A stretch of 64,000 nucleotides of DNA from an uncultured delta proteobacterium (GTDB lineage: Bacteria > Desulfobacterota > Syntrophia > Syntrophales > UBA5619): contig CAWFOM010000006.1 in assembly GCA_963817385.1 (NCBI GenBank), positions 160,001-224,000 of the forward strand, written 5' to 3'. Numbering within the stretch: position 1 is the first letter of the stretch; every line of letters begins with the position of its first letter. A program made the translations under genes and the position numbers. The notes under the pieces are model-generated. The model ran no database searches, was not told where the DNA came from, and saw nothing but the letters and a program-made list of their open reading frames with translations. Positions 28,349-39,008 of this stretch are shown here, in pieces.

Positions 28349-31300
28349 CTATGTTCTACTCAGTTCATCCCGGATGGCCGCACCGATCCGTTCCATCGCA
28401 TAGGGCTTCTTGACATAGGCGCCTGCTCCCAGTTTCTGAGCCTTCGTGACTCTTTCCGTCTCGGAAAAACCGCTGACAAGGATGGCCTTCTGCTTCGGGT
28501 TGATTGCCAGAACCCTTTGGTAAGTCTCCAGACCATCGATCCCCGGCGTCATAATCATGTCCAGGACCAGAATGTCCGCCGTATGTCCCTGGAGGTATTC
28601 CACCGCCTCTTCCCCGCCGGAAACCACGTGAACCGTCATACCCCAGCCGGGTAAGCAATCGGGCGGCAACATCCCGCTGCTCGGCAATGTCATCCACAAC
28701 CAATACCGATTCTCCGTTCCCCATGTATCGTTCTATCGGCTCCTTCTGCTGCGGTGCGATCAGTTCCTCCCGGGTGACCGGGAAGTACAGCGTGAAGGTG
28801 GTTCCCGTTCCGACTTCCGTCTGTACATCGATATACCCGTGGTGATCTTTTACCGTTCCCCAGACAATCGACAATCCCAGCCCGGTCCCGCTCCTGCCCA
28901 TCGTCTTTTTCGTATAGAACGGTTCAAATATCTTCTCTCTATTCTCGGCGGGAATGCCCGTCCCCGTATCGGATACGGTCAGTACGGCGTAATCCCCTTC
29001 CTTGACCTCGTCATAGCCCCTGACGGCTTTGTCAAGATAGCGGCTCTCCGTCCGGATCGTTACCTCCCCCTTTCCGGAAATAGATTCCGCCGCGTTCGAC
29101 ACCAGGTTGATCAACGTCTTTTCCAGATGGATAGGGGAACCTTTGATGTTCAGAACATTCTTGTCGCACTCGGTCCTGAAGGTCACCCGGGGATGATAGT
29201 CCTTCATCTTCTCAAACACCGGGGTCTTGAGAAAACCGGAAACGACGCTGTTGAGATTGATCACATCCGATGCCGTGACCCCCCGCCTGGCCAGCGTGAG
29301 AAGGTCCTGAATGATCGCGGCTCCTTTCTCCGTGGACTGCAATATCTTTTCAGCGTGGCCCCGGGAGCGATGTCCCTCGGGAATTTCCTCCAGCAACAGC
29401 TCCGAGTACCCGCTCAGTATCCCCAGGACGTTATTCAGATCATGGGCCACGCCGCCGGCCAGTTGCCCGAGGGCCTCCATCTTCTCGGCACGTTGCAGAC
29501 GCTCCTCCAGACTTTTTCTTTCCTGCTCAGCACGCTTGCGGTCGGTGATGTCTCTTACGATGCCCCGAAATCCGGTTGGATGACCCTCACCATTCCGAAT
29601 GATTGATATGGAAACTTCGACATCTCTGCGAGCGCCATCTTTTCTGATAACCTGCCACTCAAAGTTCTTAACGGGTTTGCCCGTCAGGTAGACCCGATTG
29701 TAGGCTTGAAAGATCTTGCGGGCATTTTCTTCGTCTGCATACTGACGGTTATTCATCTTCAGCAGCTCATCTCTTTCATAGCCCAGGATCTTACAGACCG
29801 GTTCATTGAAAAAGGTAAAGTTCCCCTTGATGTCCACTTCATTATAGCCGTCCTCAAGACCTTCAATGATAGTTCTATATTTCCCCTCGCTCTCCTGCAG
29901 CGCCTCCTCCGCCTGTTTGCGTTCGGTTATATCATGGACTATGGTGATGATTCTTCCTGGAGTCTCTCCAGGTTTCCAGAGTCGTGATACGGTGATATTC
30001 GCCCAAATGACTCCCTTATCCTTCCCGAGGTATCGTTTTTCCAGATTGTAGTGGTCAATCTCGCCATCATACATCCGCTTGCTTAAACTCTGGTGCAGAT
30101 TCGCATCGTCCGGATGCGTGATTGCCATAAAGGTGGTGGCCAGCATTTCTTTCTCCGTCCTGCCCACCATCTGGCACAGCATCGGATTCACGGCGAGAAA
30201 ACGGCCTGTCCCCGCCTCCACTTGGGCTATGCCGACCGCAGCGTTTTCGATCAAGGTTCGGGATATCTTCTCATTCTCCTGCAGTGCCTCCTCCGTCTGC
30301 TTACGGTCGGTAATGTCCTCAACAAAACCTTCGAGGTAAGCCACTGTGCCATCGGAGTTGTTTACCTTGCGCACGCTTAAATTCGCGGTCAGAATAGTGC
30401 CGTCCTTGCGGCGGTAGCGATTCTCTGCGTAAACCCACCCAGCTTTCTCCATCGTGGCTGCGAGAAGATCCGAGCGATTTTTTGAATCGACGTAAATTTG
30501 AGTGCCGATGTTCGTGACGGTTGAAATCATCTCTTCCGGTGATGCATACCCCAGCATTTGAGATAGCGCAGGGTTTACCCGCAAGAACTTCCCTTCCGGT
30601 AGTGAATGAAATATACCGATCGATGCATTTTGAAAAAGATTCCTGAAATTCTCCTCGCTTACTTGTAGCGCCTGGCGGGTTTGTATTCGTTCCACCGCTT
30701 TTCCCAGCCGTTCAGCAACCGCTTCAAGCAGTTGCCCTTCCTGCCGCAAAAAAGGCCCATCATCACAGTCGGGCCGGGCTTCAAGGTAGCATACTTCCAC
30801 ACTGCCCGCCTGCACGCCGCGCAAGCTAATTGAGCACTGCAGCCGCCAGGGGGTTTGCGCGAAGTTGGCCGTGCTGAATGGATGCCTATCGAGTGTGATC
30901 CGTGAACAGGCGATGGAAGGGTATTGCATGGCCGGTGGCAATAGCTCAGCCGCGCCCTGTAGCAGCACCTCTATTGAATCGCCACTTGTTCCGGCGAGGT
31001 CGGACAGACCGTACACGCAATTCAACTCTTTGACCCGCTCACCCAGGTCGTGGGTACGGCGTTCCAGAGCTTCCTCCACCTGCTTGCGCGCGGTGATGTC
31101 ATAATTGACACCGATCATGCGCACTGGATTACCTTCCCGGTCCCTGATGATGTCGGCAATCGCTTTCACTATCCGGATACCGCCGTCGGGCAGAATAATA
31201 CGAAATTCTGTATCATATTCTCTTGCTCCCTGTAATGCCTGGCGGGATATCTCATCACTTGCCTCCCGGTCATCGGGGTGGAGCACGTTCAGCCAAGCCT

Positions 31301-31565
31301 CATAGGCCCTGGAAAAATCCTCCTTTCTAACACCGTACAAAGCGTACATCTGATCATCCCAGACCAGTACGTTCTTCCGGATATCCCAATCCCAGACTCC
31401 CATGTGGGCCACGCGGGTGGCAAGATGGAGTCGTTCCATCAGTGTGTCTAGATGCTCCTCCGAAGGCTTGCGGTCTGAATCCGATTTTTCCCGATCCTGG
31501 ATTCTCTGCTTCAAGAATGAATTCTTCGCGATCATTTCTTGATTTGTTTTGGATTGATCGTGCAT
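28349..31565 (-). CDS. Cytoplasmic multi-PAS hybrid histidine kinase with receiver domain; +1 frameshift at ~28634
   Basis: Four PAS/PAC repeats ending DIT(E/D/A)RK; H-box 'AHDLNNVL'; 'FEPFYTKK..GTGLGL'; receiver 'VVDD...LVLDMIM'. Confidence 0.9.
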
Positions 31566-31754
31566 CTGGTGCCCCCCGTTGTGATAAACAGTGTCGACTG
31601 GAAAAATATTTATTGAGGGATAAAGTTCTAAAAAAACTACCGGATACCCATTGAGATGTCAAAGGGAAAGTATGCCATTAGTCACTGCTTACCTGTTGAG
31701 TGTCGCGATATCGTGGTACTCAAAGGCGTGTCTGGTGAGAAATCGACTGAGGGG

Positions 31755-32672
31755 TTAGGGCGGGCACATGGCGCAGACCGAACGGAACACCTCCGTGGAA
31801 AGGTAGCGGTCCCCCCGGTCGGGGAAGATGACCACGACGGTCGCGCCGCGCGGCAGATCCTTGGCTGCCTGGATGGCGCCCCACATGGCCGCGCCCGAGC
31901 TTATTCCGCAAAACAGCCCTTCACGAAGGGAAAGGTCGCGGGTGGTGTCGAAGGCGTTTTCATCGCTGCAGCTAATGGTGAGGTCCAGCTTACTTGGGTC
32001 ATAGATCTTCGGGACGATCGCCTCTTTCATATTCTTCAAGCCCTGGATACGGTGGTCCAATGTGGGTTCGATAGCGACGATTTTGATCGACGGCTTTTTC
32101 TCCTTGAAAAATCGGGAACAGCCCATGAGCGTGCCGGTCGTACCCATCCCGGCGACAAAGAGATCGACCTCGCCGTTTGTCTGCTCAAGGATCTCCGGCC
32201 CGGTCGTATGGTAATGGGCCAGGGAGTTGCAGGGGTTATCGAACTGATTGGGCATGAAGTACACATCCCCCTGATGTTCCATGATATGGTGCGCCCGTCG
32301 GATGGCGCCGTCGGTGCGGTCGCTCCCCGGGGTCAGCTCCAGTTCCGCCCCGAGGGCCTGCAAAACGGCCTGTCGCTCCTGGCTCACGCATGTCGGCATC
32401 GTGAGCTTTATTTTAAACCCCATGGCCGCCGCGACCATCGCCATCCCAATGCCCGTGTTTCCGGAAGTGGGCTCCAGGATCGTCTTTCCCGGGACCAGCT
32501 TTCCGGAATCGACGGCATCCTTGAGCATGTAGTAAGCCGGACGGTCTTTGACCGAACCGCCCGGGTTGGAACCCTCCAGCTTCGCCATGATTCGCACGCC
32601 GGTTTTCTTGGAGTCCCAAAGATTGACGATCTCCACCAGAGGGGTGTTTCCGATCGCATTCAATACGCTCAT
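31755..32672 (-). CDS. Cysteine synthase family PLP enzyme (CysM/CysK-like)
   Basis: 'IGNTPLV', 'KLEGSNPGGSVKDR', 'EPTSGNTGIG', 'GMGTTGT', 'GISSGA'. Confidence 0.92.
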   Translation of the reverse strand: MSVLNAIGNTPLVEIVNLWDSKKTGVRIMAKLEGSNPGGSVKDRPAYYMLKDAVDSGKLVPGKTILEPTSGNTGIGMAMVAAAMGFKIKLTMPTCVSQERQAVLQALGAELELTPGSDRTDGAIRRAHHIMEHQGDVYFMPNQFDNPCNSLAHYHTTGPEILEQTNGEVDLFVAGMGTTGTLMGCSRFFKEKKPSIKIVAIEPTLDHRIQGLKNMKEAIVPKIYDPSKLDLTISCSDENAFDTTRDLSLREGLFCGISSGAAMWGAIQAAKDLPRGATVVVIFPDRGDRYLSTEVFRSVCAMCPP

Positions 32673-32740
32673 TGTTGTTCTCCTATGATTTCCAAGGGGT
32701 ATGTATTATTCCGAGAGCTTGATCTGTTTATCGTGGCTTA

Positions 32741-33250
32741 TTATTCCAACGGGTTGACGGTAATTTTTATTTTGATGACCGCCGGGACAATAATATCAAC
32801 GCCGGAACCGCTCCCTGCCGCCCAGAGACTTAATCTCCCGCCGACCAAAAGATTTTCAAGAAACGCCTTGTTTATCCATTCTACATACGTTTCTCCGCGG
32901 GTTTCGCCGGCGGCAAAACTGACGGTCCGGGCTACTTTTGTTGCGCTGGAAAAGGCGCTGCCATAGCTGCCGGCGTAAAGATCACCCGTTCCTTCGCCAC
33001 CGGTATTTGAGGTTATGGTGTACAGGATATAATCTATGCTGATGCTTCGTATTTTGTTTTTATATCTCCGGTAATCGTCATTATCTTCAAGGTTTATGTC
33101 ATACGAGAGTGTTTCCGTGTTGCCGTGGATGGTAAAGATGTGATGGTAAGTGATGTCAAACGTTATGTCTATCGCATCCTTGATATCGCCGCATCCACTG
33201 ATTAACCCAAATACGCAGATTGCCGCCAAAACCGGACGAATTTTTTTCAT
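32741..33250 (-). CDS. Hypothetical lipoprotein
   Basis: MKK + hydrophobic stretch + lipobox-like ISGC. Confidence 0.65.
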   Translation of the reverse strand: MKKIRPVLAAICVFGLISGCGDIKDAIDITFDITYHHIFTIHGNTETLSYDINLEDNDDYRRYKNKIRSISIDYILYTITSNTGGEGTGDLYAGSYGSAFSSATKVARTVSFAAGETRGETYVEWINKAFLENLLVGGRLSLWAAGSGSGVDIIVPAVIKIKITVNPLE

Positions 33251-33423
33251 ACAGGTATCCTTTCGAAGAAGTATGGATATGACGTATATCCTCATGCCCG
33301 CAATATTCCACAAGACCCCTTATGGAGAAATATTATCATCCAAACTTTCCTGAAGTCTCCGGGGAATGAGGGCTTCAGGAACGCATCTATGAGGGAGCAA
33401 GAACAAAGGAATCACTCCGGGGC

Positions 33424-34062
33424 TCACTCATACTGCACGGTCAAAAAAGGCGTAGTCACGCTGACGCTCGGCAGGTCCGTGATCCCGACAAACCCGATGT
33501 CCGAAATAGAGAAATCGAGGAGGAAACGTACCTGGAAGTCGGACAGCTTCAGCCGTTTTGCCTCCCGCATGAGCGGGGTGACGTCGATAGTGACGTGCTT
33601 CCCCTGATCCGAGCGGAAGAAATTCAGCCGTTGGAACACGAGTGGGGGAGAGTTGAAATCCTGCTGCATGAGCCCGGAGACGGGATAGGAAACGAGGTCG
33701 AGCAAGGTCGGAACCGTAGCCGCGAAGCTCACCTCGTTGAGGAACAACTCCAGCGTGGCGGAAACGATCACGGCGTCGGCAGGGACGATATCCCCCCCGG
33801 TCGATCCGTCGAGGGGAAAATCCAGGAAGGCGCGGTATTCGGGGAGATTGGGAGCCGAATCGTCGATGCCGAAAAACAGAGTTTGCGGCCCGTTGGCGAT
33901 GGTGAAGGTTTTCTTGACAGGGTCGAATGCGATATCCCCGTCGGCCGGCTGGTCGCTGAAGATCTCTGCGACAAAGATGGTCCGGGAGCCATCTCCTCCG
34001 CCGCAGGCGGCGATGAAGATCATGACGGCCGCAATGACACATAGCGTTAGGAGCTTTTTCAT
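33424..34062 (-). CDS. Hypothetical lipoprotein
   Basis: Lipobox IAAC-GGG; RBS AGGAGG. Confidence 0.75.
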   Translation of the reverse strand: MKKLLTLCVIAAVMIFIAACGGGDGSRTIFVAEIFSDQPADGDIAFDPVKKTFTIANGPQTLFFGIDDSAPNLPEYRAFLDFPLDGSTGGDIVPADAVIVSATLELFLNEVSFAATVPTLLDLVSYPVSGLMQQDFNSPPLVFQRLNFFRSDQGKHVTIDVTPLMREAKRLKLSDFQVRFLLDFSISDIGFVGITDLPSVSVTTPFLTVQYE

Positions 34063-34176
34063 GGTGTTCCTCCTTGGTTTTCCAAAAGTCTTAAAGCGTA
34101 TCTGCGACTCTTCAATCCTGCCGCCGTCACTGGAGGCTTCCGGCGGACATCTCCCGCAGATGCAAGCGTCGGCTGC

Positions 34177-34488
34177 CTACCGCCACTCGGCATCTGTCGG
34201 GTGAACATTCGTCGTTGAATGCCGCACAATCTTCCCGTCCAAGCCGTACTCGATGAACTTGGCCCACTTGGCGAAGTGCGGCATCTCCCGGTGGGCCAGC
34301 CGCGCGGCTTCATCCTTGTAGACCTCGTAGAAGTGGAACTTCAGCGGGTCATCGGTATCGCGCAGCACGTCGAAACGCAGGCATCCGGGCTCGTCGCCCT
34401 CCGAGTGCACCGCATCGTACTTGATGACCTCGAGAAACTCGTCAAGCGCCGACGGCTTGACATGGACTTCGATAAGCATGCAGATCAT
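34177..34488 (-). CDS. ABM-domain protein (LsrG/quinol monooxygenase-like)
   Basis: 'EPGCLRFDVLRD...FYEVYKDEAA..AH...PHF..W'. Confidence 0.85.
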   Translation of the reverse strand: MICMLIEVHVKPSALDEFLEVIKYDAVHSEGDEPGCLRFDVLRDTDDPLKFHFYEVYKDEAARLAHREMPHFAKWAKFIEYGLDGKIVRHSTTNVHPTDAEWR

Positions 34489-34510
34489 GGCTATTCATCC
34501 TCCTGACTTT

Positions 34511-35173
34511 CTACTCATACCGATGCGTAAACTCATCCGGTTTTTGCTTGATGCTGCGGTATGCATTCACTACGGCCTTCTCGTCCGGGTAACCCAGGGA
34601 TATGCAGACAACCAGCTTTTTGTTCTCTGCAACGCCGAGGGATTGTTTTATCTCCCGTGCGTAGTTGGTAACCGAGGCCTGCAGGCAGCTCTCCACGCCG
34701 AGCGAATGCGCCGCCAGAATCAGGTTCTGGCTGAACAGCCCCATGTCGAAGATCGACCACTCTCCCAGCGACCCGTCCATAAAAAGAAAGACGGCACACG
34801 GCGCTCCATAGAACTCAAAATTCCTCAGACGTAATTTTTCTCTCCCCTCTGCATCATCCCTCGCCAATCCGAGCGCGTTGAGCCTGCGGGCGCCATGCTC
34901 CCGGGAGCGTTCATCCATGGCTGCCGGCCAGCCCTTGGGTATGGGCAGGTCGGCACTGGTCGGTGCCTTTACCTTCGCCAGGTTCAGCAGTTTCTCCGCC
35001 AATTCATTCTTCTTTTTACCGCTTACGACCACTACCTCCCAAGGTTGCGTGTTGGTATAGGAGGGGCTGGCACTCCCCGCCTGCAATATCTTATTCATGA
35101 CATCGCCGGGTAGGGGATCGGGCTTGAACGAGCGAATGCTTCTCCTCGTCTCGATAACGTTAAAGATTTCCAT
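34511..35173 (-). CDS. Nitroreductase family protein
   Basis: 'RRSIRSF', 'SPSYTNTQPW', 'FYGAP', 'AAHSLGVESC', 'LGYPD'. Confidence 0.9.
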   Translation of the reverse strand: MEIFNVIETRRSIRSFKPDPLPGDVMNKILQAGSASPSYTNTQPWEVVVVSGKKKNELAEKLLNLAKVKAPTSADLPIPKGWPAAMDERSREHGARRLNALGLARDDAEGREKLRLRNFEFYGAPCAVFLFMDGSLGEWSIFDMGLFSQNLILAAHSLGVESCLQASVTNYAREIKQSLGVAENKKLVVCISLGYPDEKAVVNAYRSIKQKPDEFTHRYE

Positions 35174-35445
35174 CGGTATTACCTCCAGTACGTTCAAAAA
35201 TGTAAAATGTGTCGACGTCGGTTTTCATTTGGATAATCATGCGATCTTCTTTCCTCAACTGAAATCAGCATACGTTGTAATCTTGCATACTCTTCAAAAT
35301 TCGTCAATTACCGAATTCACGCGTCAATGGCGGTAGAAGATCTTTTACCGTGAAAACGATTTTACCTAACTTATTGCTGAGTAATCCGGCGGTTCTGCGG
35401 GATTACTTGGGAGATCGTGTCCGGACGAACGATATCACCGGGTGT

Positions 35446-36456
35446 TCATGGTGTATCCGCCGTCGGGGAAGCCTGCCCGGCAGGGGAGACGACGACAGCG
35501 GCGGCGGGGTCCCCGAAATTTTCCTTGGCCCATTGAACCCGTGATGCCGCAGTGAGGAAAACGGCGGGCGGGGCGTTGTCGGTTTTATCGAGGCGGAGCC
35601 GCAGTCCGCTCCGGTTTGCCATCTGGATCCCCAAACCGGGGCGGGCGTTCAACTCCAGGAGGACCGGCCCTCTCTCCCTGTCCAGAACAAAATCTGCGCC
35701 GAGGTAGCCGAGGCCCGTCATTTCCGTCGCCCTGGCGGCCATCAGGAGGAGCTCATCCCAATGGGGCAGGTGAATGCCGCTTACGGGACTCCCCGTGTCC
35801 GGGTGTTTCCCGACGATACGCGACTTGTGGACGGCCGTCATGGTGGTGCCGCTGGCGATGTCGATCCCCGCCCCGATCGCCCCCCGGTGGAGGTTCGCCT
35901 TGCCGTCCGAGGCCTTGGTGGGAAGCCGCACCATCGCCATGACGGGCACGCCCCGGTAAACGATGATCCGCTCATCCGGCACCCCTTCCTGATAGGTGAT
36001 GCTGCTGAAAATCGGATCCGGATGGATGAGCGCCTCGATGATCGCCATGTCCTCCTTTCCCTCCAGGGAGTAGATTCCGGAAAGGATGGACGCGATATGG
36101 TAGCCGAACTCCTCCTCTGAGATGATTTTGCCGCTTTGGGTGACGAATCCCGCGTCCGTCCTGCCTTTGATCAGAATGATGCCGCTGCCGCCGGAGCCCC
36201 TGGCCGGCTTGACGACAAACTCCCGCAGATTCTCCAAGACGCCGGGGAGTCTCGCGATGCTCCCGTGATCCTCAACGACATAATAGAGTTCAGGGATGGG
36301 AATGCCGAACTTCTCCGCGAGCCTCTTGGTCTGCACCTTGTCGTCCACCAGGGGGTAGGCGGAGCGCGCGTTGTGCGCCATGATGTATCCGGCGTTGCGG
36401 AAATTCATGCCGAGCACCCCGGCTTCGCCGAGTCTCCGGAAGCCGTCAAGCATCAT
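35446..36456 (-). CDS. Alpha-L-glutamate ligase-like ATP-grasp protein
   Basis: 'GVLGMNFRN', 'LVDDKVQTK', 'KPARGSGGSGI', 'AMVRLPT..SDGKANLHRGA', 'LELNARPGL.IQ'. Confidence 0.88.
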   Translation of the reverse strand: MMLDGFRRLGEAGVLGMNFRNAGYIMAHNARSAYPLVDDKVQTKRLAEKFGIPIPELYYVVEDHGSIARLPGVLENLREFVVKPARGSGGSGIILIKGRTDAGFVTQSGKIISEEEFGYHIASILSGIYSLEGKEDMAIIEALIHPDPIFSSITYQEGVPDERIIVYRGVPVMAMVRLPTKASDGKANLHRGAIGAGIDIASGTTMTAVHKSRIVGKHPDTGSPVSGIHLPHWDELLLMAARATEMTGLGYLGADFVLDRERGPVLLELNARPGLGIQMANRSGLRLRLDKTDNAPPAVFLTAASRVQWAKENFGDPAAAVVVSPAGQASPTADTP

Positions 36457-37982
36457 GACGATCCTCCGAGTCTCCGGAAGCGGTACAGCTCGGAGAGCCG
36501 GTACCCCGTGTAGCGGCCCACAAGAATCTGCAGTGCGGCCACCGTCAGGATCAGCTCCGGATAGACAAAAAAGGTGAGCTGCAGCGGCTCCCAGCTGATG
36601 ATCCGATAGGCGATGACGGCAACCGCGACGCTCCCGGCGGCCGTGAGCAGCGCCTCCCTGCCACCCGACTCCTCGATGATGATGAAGAACCGCTCGATGG
36701 TCATGGTGAGGATGACGAACGGAATGAGGCCTACCGCCATCATCTCCCGCACGCCCAGCTTGTTTCCCACGAGGGCGAGCACGGTGAAGCAGGCGATCAC
36801 CAGGGTCAGGATGACGGAGAGGCGGGGGACCAGGAGGAGATGGAGCTTGTCCAGAAGGGACCTCATCACATAACCGATCAGGAGAACGCCGCTGAAGATG
36901 GCGACGCCGTAGAGGGTGCCGGTGCTCCTGAATGCCAGGGCGATGAGGAGCGGCATGAAGATCCCGAAGGTCGGCAATCCCACGACGTTGCGCAGGAGGG
37001 AGATGATCAGCGCCCCGATCGGCACCAAAAGGAGGATACGAAACGTCCCCTGAAACTCCGGCGGCAACTGTAACAGCGACCACCGATCGAGAAAGTGGGG
37101 GGAGCGGGCGATGCGCTCGTAGAGGAGCTTCCACTGACTCATGACCTGTCGGCTCATCGTCCAACGGATATCGGACAATTCCGCCCCCGTGGCCCGGGCG
37201 GCGGGCAGGCTGCCCACCGCCAGGGGGAGGAGCGCCGCCGATGACGGATAGACCTCTCCCGTTTCGGGATTCAGATTGCTCCACTCCCGGCCGATCCAGA
37301 CTTCGATCCACTTCGTCGGCAGGGACTGTACCTCCTCCGCCAACCTGAGCCCTTCCACGGCCCGGGCCGGAAGGTCGGAGGCCCGAAAGAGGGCAAGAGC
37401 CGCGTCCGTGCGATCGTGTGTCCGGTGGATAACCTGCCACTGTCGAAGTGCGGCATCGGTGGGGGAGACATCATCCGGTCGGCTCCGCAACGCCGAGGCG
37501 GCCGCCTGAAACCGCTTCTGCGGTGAAAGAGCTTGCCATTGGCGGCTGACCTCTTCAGCTATCTGTTGTTCCTTACTGCCGATGGAGGGCGGGTAGGGAG
37601 ACAACAGGGGGGATTGGGTGGCGGCGCTGCGGCCGGGACGGGAGTGGATCGTCGCCCGGTAGGTGATTGCCTCGGGACTGTTTACCCCCGATCCCGACCA
37701 AACGCCGACCCGGTTCGGCCCCTGTTTCAGGATGTCGAACGTATACGCGCCGGAAACAACGCGTTCCTCGACAACCATATTTCCGGTGTGCTCCGCGGGA
37801 AGGACCAGGTAGAGGGCACACTCCTCGTCTTCGGGTGTTACATACGCAGTGATGAGAAGCTGCCATGTCCGGCCGGCGGCCAGGGGCAGAACCGGATATC
37901 CGAGCCAGACGATACGGTAGAGTATGAGTGCGGCTGTCGCAAGGACGAGGGAAGCGGTCAGCAGGAAGACCGGGCGTCTCAC
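36453..37982 (-). CDS. Inactive-transglutaminase/7TM membrane protein (RloB/UUP1-like)
   Basis: N-terminal transmembrane helix, degenerate transglutaminase 'LPARAVEGLRL..WIEVW', C-terminal 7TM 'RNVVGLPTFGIFMP', 'ILTMTIER', 'GRYTGYRLSELYRF'; overlaps both neighbours. Confidence 0.85.
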   Translation of the reverse strand: MRRPVFLLTASLVLATAALILYRIVWLGYPVLPLAAGRTWQLLITAYVTPEDEECALYLVLPAEHTGNMVVEERVVSGAYTFDILKQGPNRVGVWSGSGVNSPEAITYRATIHSRPGRSAATQSPLLSPYPPSIGSKEQQIAEEVSRQWQALSPQKRFQAAASALRSRPDDVSPTDAALRQWQVIHRTHDRTDAALALFRASDLPARAVEGLRLAEEVQSLPTKWIEVWIGREWSNLNPETGEVYPSSAALLPLAVGSLPAARATGAELSDIRWTMSRQVMSQWKLLYERIARSPHFLDRWSLLQLPPEFQGTFRILLLVPIGALIISLLRNVVGLPTFGIFMPLLIALAFRSTGTLYGVAIFSGVLLIGYVMRSLLDKLHLLLVPRLSVILTLVIACFTVLALVGNKLGVREMMAVGLIPFVILTMTIERFFIIIEESGGREALLTAAGSVAVAVIAYRIISWEPLQLTFFVYPELILTVAALQILVGRYTGYRLSELYRFRRLGGSS

Positions 37983-38467
37983 CGCGGAGCGACCTCGGGG
38001 CAAGACGGCTGCGTGCAGTATGAACCGCTGCACTCGACGACAAAATCATGCATAAGGGTATTCCTCCCGATGAGGATGGGATACTTGACGTTGGAGCGGT
38101 CATTGAGATTCACCCGGGTCCGGATACGCTTCGGTCCGATGCAGAACTCCACCATCACGACCGGCCGTCGGTCTTTTGCCTCGGCGCTTTTGACGGTTTT
38201 CACCTTCAAGAGCGGCAGACGAATTTTGCGTCCCCCGTATTGCGGCGGCAGATTGAACTCGACCTCGTTCCCCTTGATGGCGATGTTCCTTGCGTCGAGG
38301 GAGGATGTGGCCGCCCCTGTATCGATACGGGCAGGCATAATCACCCCCCAGGGGAGAAGAGCGACATTCTCCACGCCGCCAAGACTGACTTTCTCTTTCG
38401 CCTCCGCCGGCGCAACCCCCGGACCGATGAGGAATATCGCCGACAAGAGCGCCGCCTTCATGATCAT
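37979..38467 (-). CDS. Secreted retropepsin-like aspartic protease (RimK-associated, RloA-like); start uncertain
   Basis: 'ARIDTGAATSSL', 'DRRPVV', 'LNDRS...ILIGRN'. Confidence 0.82.
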   Translation of the reverse strand: MIMKAALLSAIFLIGPGVAPAEAKEKVSLGGVENVALLPWGVIMPARIDTGAATSSLDARNIAIKGNEVEFNLPPQYGGRKIRLPLLKVKTVKSAEAKDRRPVVMVEFCIGPKRIRTRVNLNDRSNVKYPILIGRNTLMHDFVVECSGSYCTQPSCPEVAPR

Positions 38468-38627
38468 TCTCCCGAAAACGGGCATGCCGGTGTTTGGCTG
38501 CGGAAAATTCCCCTGCGCCGGCGGTGCGCCGCCGGTACGGATCTTTCTTCCTGAGAGAGGAGAGAACATCGGCAATCTCCTGAACTGTGAATGTGAAGCG
38601 AATCTTCCGGAAACCCTTCGCCGGGCA

Positions 38628-39008
38628 TTAGGGTTTATGTTTATCCGCGGTCAATGCCTTGAGTTTTTTCCGGAAGAAAACCTCAGCGTTTACGGTCGTG
38701 CCGTCGGCAAACCGGATGCGGTATTTTTCCCCCGAAAGCGAAGATTGACTGCCGCAGAGCCTGATGAAGTCATCCGCCGTCTTTACCCGGTCGCCCGCGG
38801 TCCTGAGCTTGAGGCGCAGGTGGTCCGCCGCCGCCCGGGCATTATACTCCTGCCCGTTCCTGATAAATTTCGCCCCCTCCAGGGTTTCGACCGCGTCGAT
38901 CAGAGCGTCGATTTTGGCCGCTTCCCGGGGGTCCCGGCCGTACGCATTACCCGCCATCAGCGAAAGAAGCACCATGACCCATATCGGAATGATTCTCGTC
39001 ATGCTCAT
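38628..39008 (-). CDS. DUF5329-like secreted protein
   Basis: 'FIRNGQEY..AAADHLRLK', 'TADDFI..CGSQSSLSGEKY'. Confidence 0.72.
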   Translation of the reverse strand: MSMTRIIPIWVMVLLSLMAGNAYGRDPREAAKIDALIDAVETLEGAKFIRNGQEYNARAAADHLRLKLRTAGDRVKTADDFIRLCGSQSSLSGEKYRIRFADGTTVNAEVFFRKKLKALTADKHKP

